This document shows, one piece after another, positions 13,251 to 26,339 of a stretch of 64,000 nt of DNA; the first letter of the stretch is position 1, and each line of letters begins with the position of its first letter. Source of the stretch: Dicyema japonicum (taxonomy: Eukaryota; Animalia; Dicyemida). Where the stretch lies: contig RDEW01000014.1 in NCBI GenBank assembly GCA_011109175.1, positions 1,164,143-1,228,142 of the forward strand, read 5' to 3'. The notes under the pieces are model-generated. The model had not been told where the DNA came from, made no database searches, and worked only from the letters and a program-made list of their open reading frames with translations. Made by a program: the position numbers and the translations under genes.

Positions 13251-13659
13251 TTGGAAATAAACTCTACCAATCTTGGGTAGAGTTACAAGTACTCCAAGAT
13301 AAATCAAAAAGAGGGTTATAAATTAAATTTATTTCACACCATAAATGAACATGCTTTTATGTTGATAACCAATGTAATGATTCTCAACGAAGAAGAGTGT
13401 GCCATAAACTCCCTGTTACTCCCCATCTCCACATCAGATTCAGTCGAAATATTTCCGTTAGAGTCCAGTGGGCTGTGCTCACGGCATGTCAGTTCCACAA
13501 GTTAGAGGTAAAAGTACTTTCACAGAACCAAAGAGCGAATTAACTAAGGTCCCGTTTTTGCCACAAGTTTTAAAATCTGCTTCACTAGGTTTCTTAATCG
13601 CCCTCTGCTTTGTGTATCTGTCCTTAGATCTGTTAGGTTTTCTGCAGATTTAAGTTTTC

Positions 13660-14190
13660 TTCCAATTCCATTAAGATCCTGACTCTGGGTCTTCCTCTGA
13701 ACGATGATTTGTTCTAATTGTTAAAGTAATTGTCTATTATTATATTTGCAGGGGCGTTTATGTCTATTCTAAGCACGTGCCCAAACAGTCTCCACCTTGA
13801 TTCAATAATGATGCTTATTGGCCTCGATTGCGCCACAGAGTATAATTTCTTGTTTGAAATCTTTCTGGGCCAACCTAGACCCATTAAATTACGTAATTGT
13901 TTGCGATGAAATATATCCATTTTCTTGAGCTCTAGCTCTGTGACCCCCCAATTACCCGAGTTGTACATAAGCACCGGTTTTATATATGCGTTGTATAGTC
14001 TTATTCTTAGATTTATTTTAGTTTTCGTCGACTCCATATCTTCTGCATTTTCTTATTCATGGCAGTGGCTAGAACTCTTAATGCATCATGTCCTTAGTGT
14101 CACCAAGTAAGGATCCCAATTTATTTTTTTCCTCCAATTTTCATCAATATATTTTAATTCCCTTGTGATTCTTATGTGTTCAGTCTTTTC
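13660..14190 (-). mobile_element. RTE 3' fragment
   Basis: RIRLYNAYIKPVLMYNSG.WG, RWRLFGHVLR (ORF 13714-14037). Confidence 0.8.
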
Positions 14191-14554
14191 CTGATTCGAG
14201 TCTTATATTATTTATATTAAAACTATAACATTTATATTTCATTTTAAAATACTAGCGTCATTTCTGATACTTCGCGATGATTCTTGTTCAAAAAAAGTAA
14301 TATATAAAAATATATTTCTTTTGGATTCATTAAAAATATCAGGATTCTCATAATCCGCTTTGTTTGCAATGTGGTACAGTGTTTTCCAATGAGACAATGA
14401 AGCCATCCCGCTTAATCGAACATATAAAGCGTAAACATCCCAACTCAATTGGAAAAAAACAGAAATTTTTTTAATTAAAATAGAATTGTGAAAAATAAAA
14501 ACACTTTACTTCTCTTTTTAATAAAAGTATATTTCATAAAAACACTTTACTTCT

Positions 14555-14688
14555 CTGATGACGGCGTCACTCGTCAAACCATTTCTGCATCGTAGATGCG
14601 TGGAACCTTCCACCAGGTGAACAGCAGCGAGATTCGAACCCGTAGCCTAAGCCACTTTAGCCCGACACCTAACCACTAAGCCACCCGG
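14555..14688 (-). mobile_element. tRNA-derived SINE (head + conserved core)
   Basis: A-box TGGCTTAGTGG, B-box GGTTCGAATCT, core GACGAGTGACGCCGTCATCAG shared with 34861 and 60392. Confidence 0.75.
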
Positions 14689-15233
14689 TAAAATCTATAT
14701 AACGAAAATACCCAATTTATCATCACTCCATTGTTTGAAATGATTGATTTCTTTAGACGTAAAAACTTCTAAATTTTCTGATTCCGTTATTTCCAATAAA
14801 CATTTGCCGTCAGAATTAGTTTTCACACAACCATATGGAACTCCCACAAGGATTGGGTTTTCATTATTAACGAAAAATCTTTTATAATCCTTTAATAATT
14901 CCTAAATCTTTTGGAGTAATTTCCACCAATTGTTATCCAACCAATGGAAGTGTACAAATCAATGCATAATAATTCGCAAACATTCTCTTCTTGACAATCG
15001 CGTTTTAATACTCTTTTTGAGAAAATAGAGGTGCCAGTACCAGATATGGCTCCGGGACGCCATGGAATATCAATCGAATTATAACCAGGGATATTAATAA
15101 TTTCAGGTTTTTGCATCCATTTTAACAGCGCTGGTAAGGGCTACCAGCTCCGCAGCCAAAAAATTGAAATTTTCTTTATAATTTAAATTTCCCAATTTTT
15201 ATTAAAGAAAAGAGAGTAAAGGTTATATAGCGG

Positions 15234-15871
15234 NNNNNNNNNNNNNNNNNNNNNNNNNNNNNNNNNNNNNNNNNNNNNNNNNNNNNNNNNNNNNNNNNNN
15301 NNNNNNNNNNNNNNNNNNNNNNNNNNNNNNNNNNNNNNNNNNNNNNNNNNNNNNNNNNNNNNNNNNNNNNNNNNNNNNNNNNNNNNNNNNNNNNNNNNNN
15401 NNNNNNNNNNNNNNNNNNNNNNNNNNNNNNNNNNNNNNNNNNNNNNNNNNNNNNNNNNNNNNNNNNNNNNNNNNNNNNNNNNNNNNNNNNNNNNNNNNNN
15501 NNNNNNNNNNNNNNNNNNNNNNNNNNNNNNNNNNNNNNNNNNNNNNNNNNNNNNNNNNNNNNNNNNNNNNNNNNNNNNNNNNNNNNNNNNNNNNNNNNNN
15601 NNNNNNNNNNNNNNNNNNNNNNNNNNNNNNNNNNNNNNNNNNNNNNNNNNNNNNNNNNNNNNNNNNNNNNNNNNNNNNNNNNNNNNNNNNNNNNNNNNNN
15701 NNNNNNNNNNNNNNNNNNNNNNNNNNNNNNNNNNNNNNNNNNNNNNNNNNNNNNNNNNNNNNNNNNNNNNNNNNNNNNNNNNNNNNNNNNNNNNNNNNNN
15801 NNNNNNNNNNNNNNNNNNNNNNNNNNNNNNNNNNNNNNNNNNNNNNNNNNNNNNNNNNNNNNNNNNNNNNN
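15234..15871. other. Assembly gap (N run)
   Basis: Run of n. Confidence 1.
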
Positions 15872-17665
15872 CATAAAAGAACACAAGGACAAGAGATGGC
15901 AGCATCTAGTTAACCACCTCGACAGGAAAAGTACATCCCGACACTTCTGGAAAACTCTTAAACAAGTCAAGTCGGAGCTGGATGATGCAGACGGAACCGG
16001 AAAGTCTTCTCCTGAACACTTATGCCACCTACATCCTAACACCCTTATTACGCTGGAATTAGCTTCAAATCATTCTCGAAACACCTGGACATTAAGGTGC
16101 GTGCCCATAAACCGAAGAAGGAACCTTACCACGAACTATTCACAGATGACCAAGTCTTGGATGTGATCACCAGATCAAAGAGCTCACGGGCGTACGGGCC
16201 TGACAAAGTATCTTATATTCACCTAAAACACCTAAGCCACTACGCAATTGGCTACCTCACGCATATATACAATCTGTCCATTAACTATAATATTATTCCC
16301 AAGATTTGGAGAATTCTATCATAGACCGATATTGAAGGCTGGGAAACCAGAGACAGAACCTGCCTCCTACAGGCCTATTTCCGTTACCAGCACACTGTCA
16401 AAAATTATGGAGAAATTTGTATTATCAGTCATTATTTCGTATCTTCCACGTCCTATATTTCAACATGGTTTCCTCCGCGGTAGGTCCACCGCTACATATT
16501 TGGCAACCCTATCGCAGTTCATTGCCGACGGTTTTAACACCCATCTCCCGCCTCACAAACGCACAATCTTGGTTTCTATTGACATCAACAAAGCCTTTGA
16601 CACTGTTTCGAGGAAAATCCTGGTTGGAAAAATATTTTCTACTAATATTCGTCCGAATGTGAAATTATGGCTAGCCAACTTTTTGTCTGGAAGACGTAGA
16701 AGAGTAGTCAGTGGTGATCTCAGATCTAGATCACGATTACTACCGAACGGGGTACCCCAGGTGTCTCCACTTTCACCAATTCTATTCAACCTATTCCTAC
16801 ACGACCTACCTAATGATGGAGACTAAGATTCCCTGCTATTATCCTACACAAACGATGTAGTCATTGTAATACGGAACCGCTCGACGCAAGTCGCATCCCT
16901 TAAAACTCAGACAAATTGAACACTCTCCACGATTGGATTGTTGGCAATCAACCTACGATTTCTGCAACCAAGTCCATCTGTTCCACTTTCACTTCGGACC
17001 GTCGTTCCAAGGATGAACCGAGTATCTTTATTGGTCCCACTCGGATTCCAGTGACAAGGTCCCCCACTGTCCTTGGAGTCAAGTACGACAGTCTTCTCAA
17101 TTTCAACTCCCACGCAACAGAAATGATTACCAGGGGCCTCCAGAAAGTTAACGTTTTACGCGCCCTTGTCCGGAGGACCACGAGGAACATGGACTTTTCC
17201 GTTTCTACCCTCTACCAACAAACAATCGCGCCTGCCGTTGAGTATGCTTCCGTTGCATGGAGATTCACGCTATCGGGGTCTATGGTCCAAAGAATCAACT
17301 CGATACACCGGAAAACAATCAGTATGCTTTGCCCACGTAATGAATCAACAGTCGACCCAATACTCATAGCTAAGATCCGTAGTCGTGGCTCCGGATTTCT
17401 TCGCGTCTGTGAGGAAGATGGAAATCCGCTTCGCCTGATCCTTTCCATGGCAAGAGAAAACCGATTGGATAAGAAATTCCCCTCCCCGATCGGATTCCTC
17501 TGCAAGACCGAGAGAAGGCTCTTCCGGAAAGTAGTGGGGACGATGGAAGATCACAGACGTCGAATGGCACAATTGATTGCGAGGACTGGGATCACCTAAC
17601 TGTTTGACTCTTTTGTCTTTCTTTCTCGTTGTTCCCTGGGTTATTAAAATAAAAATAAAATAAAA
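15872..17665 (+). mobile_element. I-group (Ingi/Vingi-like) LINE, RT and 3' end
   Basis: GPD.VSYIHLKHL, SYRPIS, QHGF..GRST, IDINKAFD, NGVPQ.SPLSPILFN, VLGVKYDSLLNF; 3' end CCCTGGGTTATTAAAATAAAA. Confidence 0.88.
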
Positions 17666-17989
17666 AATTCTCCCGCTGATGGAGATGGGTTATCAATTGT
17701 CTTTTAAGGCATTTCTTTCGGGAAGATTCCAACCTCCTGAAGGAAGGCAACTGACTCCATTTCAGAATGTGGTAGTTCGTAGTCCTGTCCCCATGATGCG
17801 ATTTTAACCGCGATTTCACTTCCCGAAAACTAAAACCTATTTTAATTTCGATTATGAGAATATGGAATATGTCGTCTGACACCCATAATCTATTAATATT
17901 TAAATTATATAAAAAACTTAAATTTTAACCAGCAATTGAAAAAACGAATTAATTTTCGAATAAATTGTCATCTTAGCCATATTAAAAAC

Positions 17990-18545
17990 GAAAACACATT
18001 TTATTGACACATTTTGGTTCCAAGCAATTCCTTCTAGAGTTTCTCCCAGTTCTATTTCCCTCTGCTCGATCAACGCATATTTTGCACAGTCTAATTTGGC
18101 GTTCAATACTTTTTTTATTTTTTCGTTTTACTAAATCTTTATCTATTAAAGTGTTAGTCAGTATTTCCTCTTTTTGGAATAGCTCAATAACCTTCCAAAC
18201 TGATGGATGAAGATAACACCAATATTATTTAGCTTTTTATTCCACGATTCGCTGAAATTATTTGTTCTGGATTTATTCGTTACAGTTGCATCATGTACAT
18301 TCCACTTAGATGGTAGAAAAATAGGAGGAATGTGTAGAATTCTGACAATTAATGAATTGTCGTTTTCAGAAACAGTTCGATATGTACCAAGAACATAAGT
18401 ACGGTCAAATTAATCAAGAAGCAATCTTGCTTCTGGAAATGTATGTTGTACAATACAATAAAGAAAATTGATTCCATATTCTAAATCTTCAGCAAGCAAA
18501 AAAGCAAGCCCATCGATCATAGAGCAGAACAAACGAATTGAAAAA
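17990..18545 (-). mobile_element. MULE (Mutator-like) transposase C-terminal remnant
   Basis: Minus-strand translation LLD*FDRTYV...PPIFLPSKWNVHDAT..RTNNFSESWNKKL...HPSVWKVIE, characteristic of the MULE transposase C-terminus. Confidence 0.75.
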
Positions 18546-18614
18546 TTTGACTTTTTTCAAAAAATATAAACATGGCTTAAAAATTTTTGTTTTTTTTCTA
18601 TTTTTTGTAAAATT

Positions 18615-18809
18615 AGCAGTAGAAAATAGGAAAAACAGAAAAAAGTCAAATGCAAATTTTTCTTAAATTTTTTTGTAAACAAATAATGTCTTTAAAATCT
18701 TATTTTAATTGAAAATAACCAAGAAATAATGATTTGACTTTTTTCCATTTGACATTTTTTCCAAATTAAAATTTTACCTTTTTTCCGTTTGACTTTTTTT
18801 CCTACTGCT
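18615..18809. mobile_element. Possible MITE / MULE-like terminal inverted repeat
   Basis: AGCAGTAG...CTACTGCT inverted ends with internal inverted GAAAAAAGTCAAA / TTTGACTTTTTT motifs. Confidence 0.4.
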
Positions 18810-18889
18810 GAAGAAATATCTCTAGTTTTTGAGACACAACTTAAAAAGATATTTGATGTGGGCGATGATGTCATCGCGGAGAAGACTTG

Positions 18890-19830
18890 TTACGAACCCT
18901 AATCAGAGACATCTCAACTCCAAGTTATGCAAATCCAGAGAATCCAAATTTCTCCTGAATGTCATGTCTCGACATATCTAAAGCATCTGACAGTGTTAAC
19001 CACAGAGCTATAATCTATCAGTTATCTCGGACGGGGAGCCCGAAGGAATTAGTGATTTGGGTGAAAGTGTAGCTAGAAGGAAGAAAATCCTATGTTAGAT
19101 ACGGACGCTATTTTTATAATATGATATTATTGAAGAGAGGAGTCCCACAAGGATCAATTTTGAGCCCTCTATTTTTTAATGTTCTAAAGGCCGGTTTCCC
19201 GTCTCCGTCTACACCAAGTACGAGATCTCTGATATACGCAGACGACATGCTACTGTCTGATGTGTCGAGATCGAGCATGATCTCAGAGAGGAGACTCAAT
19301 GTGTACATGGAAGAGATAAAAGACTGGTGCGGTCTTTGTGGGTTAAACTGTCAGAAGAAAAATCTAGTGCAATGATGTTCTTCGGTCGGAATGGTAAAAG
19401 AAATCAGAAAAACTCCAAATGCGGAATCAACATTGTGAGCACCTGAAGTATCTCGGAACAGCTTTTGAGAAATCTCGGAGCACATTGTGGGATTTTAAAC
19501 TAAAAAGGAATAAAGCCCACCAAGCGATATTGTGTATGAGGAAATTGAGACTCGAAACGGATATGTTTTTATTTTTCACGTACGATCATTCCATCACTCC
19601 TTTATGGACTGGAAGGATGGTATTACACTGCATACAATGAGCGTTTTATCTTGCGTCTAGAAAAATAGAGGAGAGCAGCAAGATTGCCCTACACAAAAGG
19701 CTCGACGAGAAGCTAGATGAAAATTTGCTAGTAATGTCGATAAGAGATGCAGCAGAAAAAAGGATGGAAAACTACCTGAAAAGAGATGCCATCATTGACT
19801 CGTATGTTGCAGCACAGAATAAACGATAAG
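18890..19830 (+). mobile_element. Decayed LINE RT fragment (second copy 31515-32420)
   Basis: GVPQGSILSP..FNV, YADD; close sequence match to 31515-32420. Confidence 0.8.
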
Positions 19831-20104
19831 AGGGGTCTGAGAGCACAGAGAAGAATTCAAGCGTTTGCAGGACTTGCGGCAAATAACTCCCTCTTTAATT
19901 TTTCCTTGCTAATAAAGTTGTTATTTGTTTGTTAAAATCAATTAATTAACAAAACATGTTTGATTAACTGTTATATCAAAAAAGACTAAATCAATATATA
20001 ACAAATCGATGATGTATGCTCTGCAATTCAAAGACGAATTCGAAATTTAGAATGATCGACTGTTTTGTTCCCTATGCAATAAAATAGTCGATTCATTAAA
20101 GAAA

Positions 20105-21520
20105 TTTAGTTAGTTAAGTAACCCCAGCCTCACTAACTTGTAGAAGGCCAGCAGCTATGAAGTAGGACGCAGCAGATGTTGGTCGCTCCCATAGATCGTT
20201 TAGTCTTAGTCTGTAGAGGAACATTGTGCCAATTCATGACATTCAAATAGGTGATTTGTTGTCAACATGTGGAGGTTGCAAAAGAGACAAAGTATATCGT
20301 ATGTTGGTAGATATGAGTGGTGCCCACATCGTAGACGATCCAGGTTTACTCGGACGTCCCTTGAAAGAGAGGATTCTGATTGGTCTATTGGAGGAGGGGG
20401 TCGCTGTAATACTTTATTGTCTCCGAGTCTTCGGATGCTTCTCGTAGAAACAAAATCGTGTATCTGTTTCAGACGACTCCTGTCATTGGGGATGGAAGGA
20501 ATGGATGATAACATTGGAGACAGGTCACTGATTGTCATAATAATTCTCATTTTGTTTTGCGGCTTGCATAGGAAGTGGCAGGGGTGTTCTAGACTGTAGG
20601 CTTGGGAGAGGAACTGCAGGGCTCTCATTTCCAGATGGTTTCTAATTGGAAGGATCTTTGACTCCCAATGTAGATGATCGACAGGAGTTGATCTGAGACA
20701 TCCAGTAATTATTTTTTTTGTAGTTTGTCAATAGAAGTAAGAGAGGCAGAGGTTGACCAGCAAGGGCTTGCATAGTTAATAGTTGTTCGAATGAATTGTT
20801 TATGATGGTTAAGAGTTATTTGCTTTAGCCAAAGGAATGGCCTGACACAGCATTAAGTATGTTGATCTTGCGAGAAGCCTTTGTACATTGTTCCTCCACA
20901 CGTTTAGAGAAAGTTAGTAGTTAGTCATAAATAACTCCAAGTATTTTGAGATGTTTCGTAACGGTGAGTGGTTGTCCATGAACTGTTAAAATTGGTTGAA
21001 AAATTAGTTGGCGGCGATTGGACGTGAATACAGTGACGGTGGATTTCGATGGAGAGTGGGATAGGTGGTTTGCTCCAAGCCACACTTCAAGAGTGTTCAA
21101 GTAATTTTGAAAATCCTTCGTTGCATCGTTAACGTTTATGTCTTTAATCAGATTATTTGCATACAATAGAAGTGTCTTGGAATCGGTTGGAATATCGCTT
21201 AAGTGTAAGTTGAATAAGGTAGGTGACAAAACGGAGCTTTGGAAACTCCATTTGGAAGGAGTCTGTAATGAGATAGACATGACATAGTTTCAGCTCGATT
21301 AATTCTTCCAGAGAGAAAATTTGTAGCCAATTCTGAAGACGTGGAGGAATTCGAGATGCAAGAATTTTGTTACTTAGCACGCGCTTTGATGTTCGATCAA
21401 ACGCCTTGGTTAGGTCAATCGATGCAAGGATAGTCCGTTTGGGAGTATTATAACCGTTGAAACCAGAAATTTAGAAGATATCTTTTCAGAGTTATGTCCT
21501 CCAGATGTTGTTACCACCTG
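20105..21520 (-). mobile_element. Vingi-like LINE 3' half (RT + C-terminal zinc knuckle, no RNase H seen)
   Basis: QSSVLSPTLFNLHL, KILGVIYD; C-terminal NKVLQRPPPPI..ESSLSR..RVNL.RLRCGH..CLFC..TTNHLFEC; terminus GGCTGGGGTTAC. Confidence 0.75.
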
Positions 21521-21959
21521 GATAAATTTTAGATATTGTAATTGGCAGTTAAATAATATTTCAAAAATTACGACGCCGTATATATTTAGAGTGTTAATTC
21601 TACAATCGATTAGCAATACATCTACACTCATTAAGGACAATAGTTTTGAACTATACTGGATTAGATGATCAACTATTAGATATTGTAGTTGGCAGTTAAA
21701 TAATATTTCGAAAATTACAACGCCGTATATATTTAGAGTGTTAATTCTACAATCGATTAGCAATACATCTACACTCATTAAGGACAATAGTTTTGAACTA
21801 TACTGGATTAGATGATCAACTATTACCATTTGAACGGATACCCTGAGGGTTAAGAGGGCAACTAAAAGTTGTTTTAATGAGAAAAACAGATATTTCAAAG
21901 ACATTTTTGTGAAAATGAGAAAAGTCAATAAGAAAAAATAAAAGTAATAATTAATCAAC

Positions 21960-22460
21960 ACAGCAATCCATCCAATGTGGTCCCCGCCGACATTATCGAC
22001 GTTGCCTCTCACGATTGCGACAGAGATCAACTGAAAAAGCCACCGGGTCTCACGTGCGTCGTCGTGGCTTTTTAGTGTAGCTAAGCGTCAAAGTTTCTTT
22101 TGGAAGCGAAACGATTTCCCACATATCAGTTGTCTCGACCACAATCGGATTGAACTAATGTGAAAAACTATTTGATTATGAGTTATAACNTGAGAAAAGT
22201 CAATAAGAAAAAATAAAAGTAATAATTAATCAACACAGCAATCCATCCAATGTTGTCCTCGCCGACATTATCGACGTTGCCACTCACGATTGCGACAGAG
22301 ATCAACTGAAAAAGCCACCGGGGATCACGTGCGTCGTGGCTATTTAGTGTAGCTAGGCGTCAAAGTTTCTTTAGGAAGCGAAACGATTTCCCACATATCA
22401 GTTGTCTCGACCACAATCGGATTGAACTAATGTGAAAAACTATTTGATTATGAGTTATAA
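21960..22460 (-). mobile_element. CRE-clade 3' end (two tandem copies across a single-N join)
   Basis: RETRWLFQLISVAIVRGN matches the CRE C-terminal motif QKIGMAILRGN. Confidence 0.65.
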
Positions 22461-22479
22461 CAAATAGTTGACATTTTTA

Positions 22480-22620
22480 ATAATAGGAGAGAGGACGGAT
22501 GCATTTCTCACAAATATCGGACGAAGGCTTACTTTGAAGAGGACTGTGGTTGAGGCAGAGGCTCGAAATGGCGGTGATCAGTGGGAACGCCTTCGGAATA
22601 ACTAAAAATATTAACTTGTT
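22480..22620 (+). mobile_element. CRE-clade 3' end fragment
   Basis: FLTNIGRRL...LEMAVISGNA. Confidence 0.5.
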
Positions 22621-23149
22621 TTAATGTTTATTTTTCAAAAATTAAAAATTTTTAAGTGCTATATTTTTAAATTTAACTGTTATAAAAATTGGCCTACTGA
22701 TAACTTTCAACATTTCAATATGAGACTTGATTCCCCTTAAATAAGGTAGGATATCAAACTTTCAATATATTTCGCTTAATTTTCAATAATAATTGAGTGA
22801 ACTGAATTCTCTTATAACATATGAATTGTTCGTTGTGATTAGACGGTTGTTTTGTTGTGATTATTACCTACCTCAATTAGGAGTCGGTGTTGGCCTGAGA
22901 TGCGGTGATCAGTGGGAACGCCTTCGCAATAACTAAAAATCTTTACATGTTTTAATGTTTATTTTTCAAAAATTAAAAATTTTCAAGTGCTATATTTTTA
23001 AATTTAACTGTTATAAAAATTGGCCTACTGATAACTTTCAACATTTCAATATGAGACTTGATTCCCCTTAAATAAGGTAGAATATCAAACTTTCAATATA
23101 TTTCGCTTAATTTTCAATAATAATTGAGTGAACTGAATTCTCTTATAAC

Positions 23150-25930
23150 ATATGAATTGTTCGTTGTGATTAGACGGTTGTTTTGTTGTGATTATTACCT
23201 ACCTCAATTAGGAGTCGGTGTTGGCCTGAGATGCGAGACCGCTGTCCATTCAGTGAGGACATTCCTAAACCGCATTATTGAAGATTCCCAAGGGAATGTC
23301 ATAGTCAAACTGACATCAATAACGCCTTCAATAGTCTAAGAAGGGACAATATCCTGGAGGCATGTATTGAGAAATGCCTTAATATTTCGAATTTGTGAAT
23401 CATAGAGCCTACCTTCATCCTTACTTTTCGTGGACTACCTAATCCCTACGTGTTTCGGCGTAGGGAAATCCCCTTGGACCACTATTGTTTTGTCCTACAA
23501 TAGAGAAAATCACCAAACTTCCTGCTCGACCCTCAACCTATGGTATCTGGATGATGCGGTTCTCGTAGGACCCCAAGATACTATTTTCCGGAATTTGGAA
23601 GTGGACTGGAATTAAATTGTGGTAAATGCGAAATCTACAATTGTACCTTTTAGAAGATAAGTATTCAAAATCTGTGTCATCTTTTGCGAATTTACTACCT
23701 GGAAGTAATTTCACACCAGATGAAGACCTTATATTCCTCTGATCCCCAATCACCATAAAGGCAATGGGGAGAGCTATACATGAAAAACAACTGTTACTCG
23801 GAGAGACTCTGAACTACTTGCATCTACTTGACGTACATACGTCATTATTTTTCCTGAAAAATTGTCTCAACGTAAAGAGGCCTGCATATGTCCTGAGGAA
23901 TACTCCTTATTTCACCCAGTGTGACCAACTCGCACAGATTAAGGCAGAGCTTTTCAAAAAATAATTCTCGCGGCACACTAATCGTAAAAAAAATAATCCA
24001 CGGCACACATTAAAAAATAAAAAAATTATTTTTTTAAGATGTGTAAAACTAAGTACAAAAATTGGTAATTTAATTCCCAAATTTTTATTAATGAAAAAAT
24101 GAATTCTTAATTATTATTATTGTTTTTCCATATATCATCAATATCAGGTCGAATGGTTAACAAAGACACTCGCATTTCAGCACAAATCCGACGAGAAACA
24201 GTGTTATCTGACAAAGGTATCTTTATTATTTTTTGTTCATATTTATGACCAAACATAGTCCGAGCAATAATACGACAAGCAGGGATTATCAAGTTTTCGC
24301 CAATAGTGTGAGGTTTTAGTTGTTTTGCTATCACTTCTGAGATCAGGTATGAACATTTCAATGATTCCTTTGTGTTTAAAAAAGTTTCACTGAACATCAT
24401 TTGACTAGATCTACGATTCATAGTAAAAACCAAATAATACTTAAGTTGTTTTTTCAAATGGATAAAATAATCCACAGATTTTTCGGAATAGTCCGGATGC
24501 TTGGAAGTAAAATGTCTCTTTAGTTTGCTAGGAACCATAGCATCACTTGCCAAAAATCCATGCAAATTAGACATTGAGGTAGTTTATTTTTATCTTTGCA
24601 TATAAATCCAAATGACAAATAAGAATCTTTATAAGAACGACGAACTGATTTACCCATAAGCACGTTGATGCGCACGTTATTAAAAAATTAATAAATAATG
24701 GTTAACCAATGTAAATGTCATTTAATGTATAATAAAAAAATGATTATTTTAATTTTAGTAATTATTTTAATTCGTTTATCTTTTTAAATTAATTAGGTCA
24801 AAAATGTATATAAATTTATTCAAATTTGTATTTGGCAGGCGGCACACTAGAAATTGTCTTGCGGCACACTTAGTGTGCCGCGGCACACCGTTTGACAACC
24901 TCTGGATTAAGGGGATCTTCTGTTTCACAGCTGAGCGTATATTCAAAGTCCTGTTCGAGGATTTCTCATGGAAGCAAGCCGCAATGCCAGTGAGACTCGG
25001 AGGACTTGGAATTCGCAACCCTGTAAACGTTTCTCTATCTGCATATCTCTCCTAGCTAATGGCCTGAACATCCTTGTCAAAAGGATTCTACACTCCCTCC
25101 NTGGATTAAGGGGATCTTCTGTTTCACAGCTGAGCGTATATTCAAAGTCCTGTTCGAGGATTTCTCATGGAAGCAAGCCACAATGCCAGTGAGACTCGGA
25201 GGACTTGGAATTCGCAACTCTGTAAACGTTTCTCTATCTGCATATCTCTCCTAGCTAATGGCCTGAACATCCTTGTCAAAAGGATTCTACACTCCCTCCC
25301 TGAATTCTCTATTAACCAGGACGCTGGCCATGTTCGTGATAGCTGGAGCCATACTAATCAGCTTTCCCTGCTTTCCGCGTTCTCCCAACGGGGTCTGGAC
25401 AATGTCGGAATTCTTTTGAAGATTTTCTATTGTCATCTAGCCAATATCTCCGTGCCTGTTAGTTATTGGAAGCGTCTTCCGAGAGCGGTGCTTTACTAAC
25501 GTCATTCCCAATTTAGGATACCTTTCTGGATGATGAATGCGTCAATATTGGGATCTCATTACGACTGGGATTAAAAGTCTATGTTTTATACCCGTGCCGA
25601 TGAGGAGACCAGATCAACTCTTTTGGCCTACACTCTCTCTCCTGCAGGAAGAGTGCAGTTCCTCTGGAGCTTGTTCTGCCAGTGAGAGGGTCGAATGGCT
25701 GAAACGCGCAAAGTAAACGGTCCTACCCAATGATTTTTTGTTCGTTCCAATCGCCTTGGAGACGTCAGCTTTCCTTACGCTTGTGACGCTGAAATTCTTG
25801 AGTCATCAAGAAATCGTATTTCTACACTATCAGGAGATCCCCGTGAGCGCTGCTGGCTATTTGAGCGAATTTCGCTCACCATATTGAGAGGGAATAGCCA
25901 CGCACCCATTTGCTCACTTTTTTTCCTTAA
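23150..25930 (+). mobile_element. Decayed CRE-clade retrotransposon interrupted by hAT insertion
   Basis: QLGVGV..CETAVH, LWYLDD, WKQAAMPVRLGGLGIR, FGLHSLSC, ERISLTILRGN; homologous to the 3278-6330 protein but diverged. Confidence 0.82.
23945..24904 (-). mobile_element. Non-autonomous Buster/Charlie-type hAT transposon, 960 bp, both ends and TSD intact
   Basis: TIRs CAGAGCTTTTCAAA / TTTGACAACCTCTG; 8-bp TSD GATTAAGG at 23937-44 and 24905-12 (nnnTAnnn); subterminal GCGGCACAC repeats; transposase N-terminal piece PSKLKRH..KH...KPHTIGE.LI.P...PLSDNTVSRRI. Confidence 0.93.
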
Positions 25931-26339
25931 TAATTTTTTAGATATGAAGTAGAGAATCTCAATCATGAAACTGTTCTTTAATATTTGAATACTGCCAAAA
26001 CTGATAAATTGAGGCACACAAATATGTTTAATGCATTATCCTTTGATAACCAGCCAAAGTCAATTTAATCGTTAAACCTCACTATGAAATAATGTTTCAT
26101 CAACTCAAAACTTTTTAAATAATTGGTGATAAGGTCATCTTTATTTATAATCCGACAATATTTAAGGTTTCATCAAGCAGTGAATTATTTCAAGGCGCAA
26201 TTCTAAAATGCTGTAAAGCCTTTGATTTTTGGAAGCCTATTAAACTTTATTGATGAGGTACTTATAAAATAATTTAATCTTTGAACATGTGCAGCATATG
26301 GAATGACCACATGTTTGTTTGTGAAATATAAATAGGGTA

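Noticed and set aside
14555-14580. CTGATGA...AAAC as a hammerhead ribozyme
   Set aside because: No GAAA core or stems I/III; it is the antisense of the SINE core.
17670-17800. Possible Merlin/ISXO2-like transposase N-terminus (LPHSEMESVAFLQEVGIFPKEM, - strand)
   Set aside because: Too short; no catalytic domain or TIR to support it.
8200-25300. Tandem repeats flanking single n characters (8403, 9728, 11726, 22190, 25101)
   Set aside because: Each duplication abuts a one-base gap, and the other arm of the inverted duplication has single copies. These are most likely overlapping contig ends or haplotypes.
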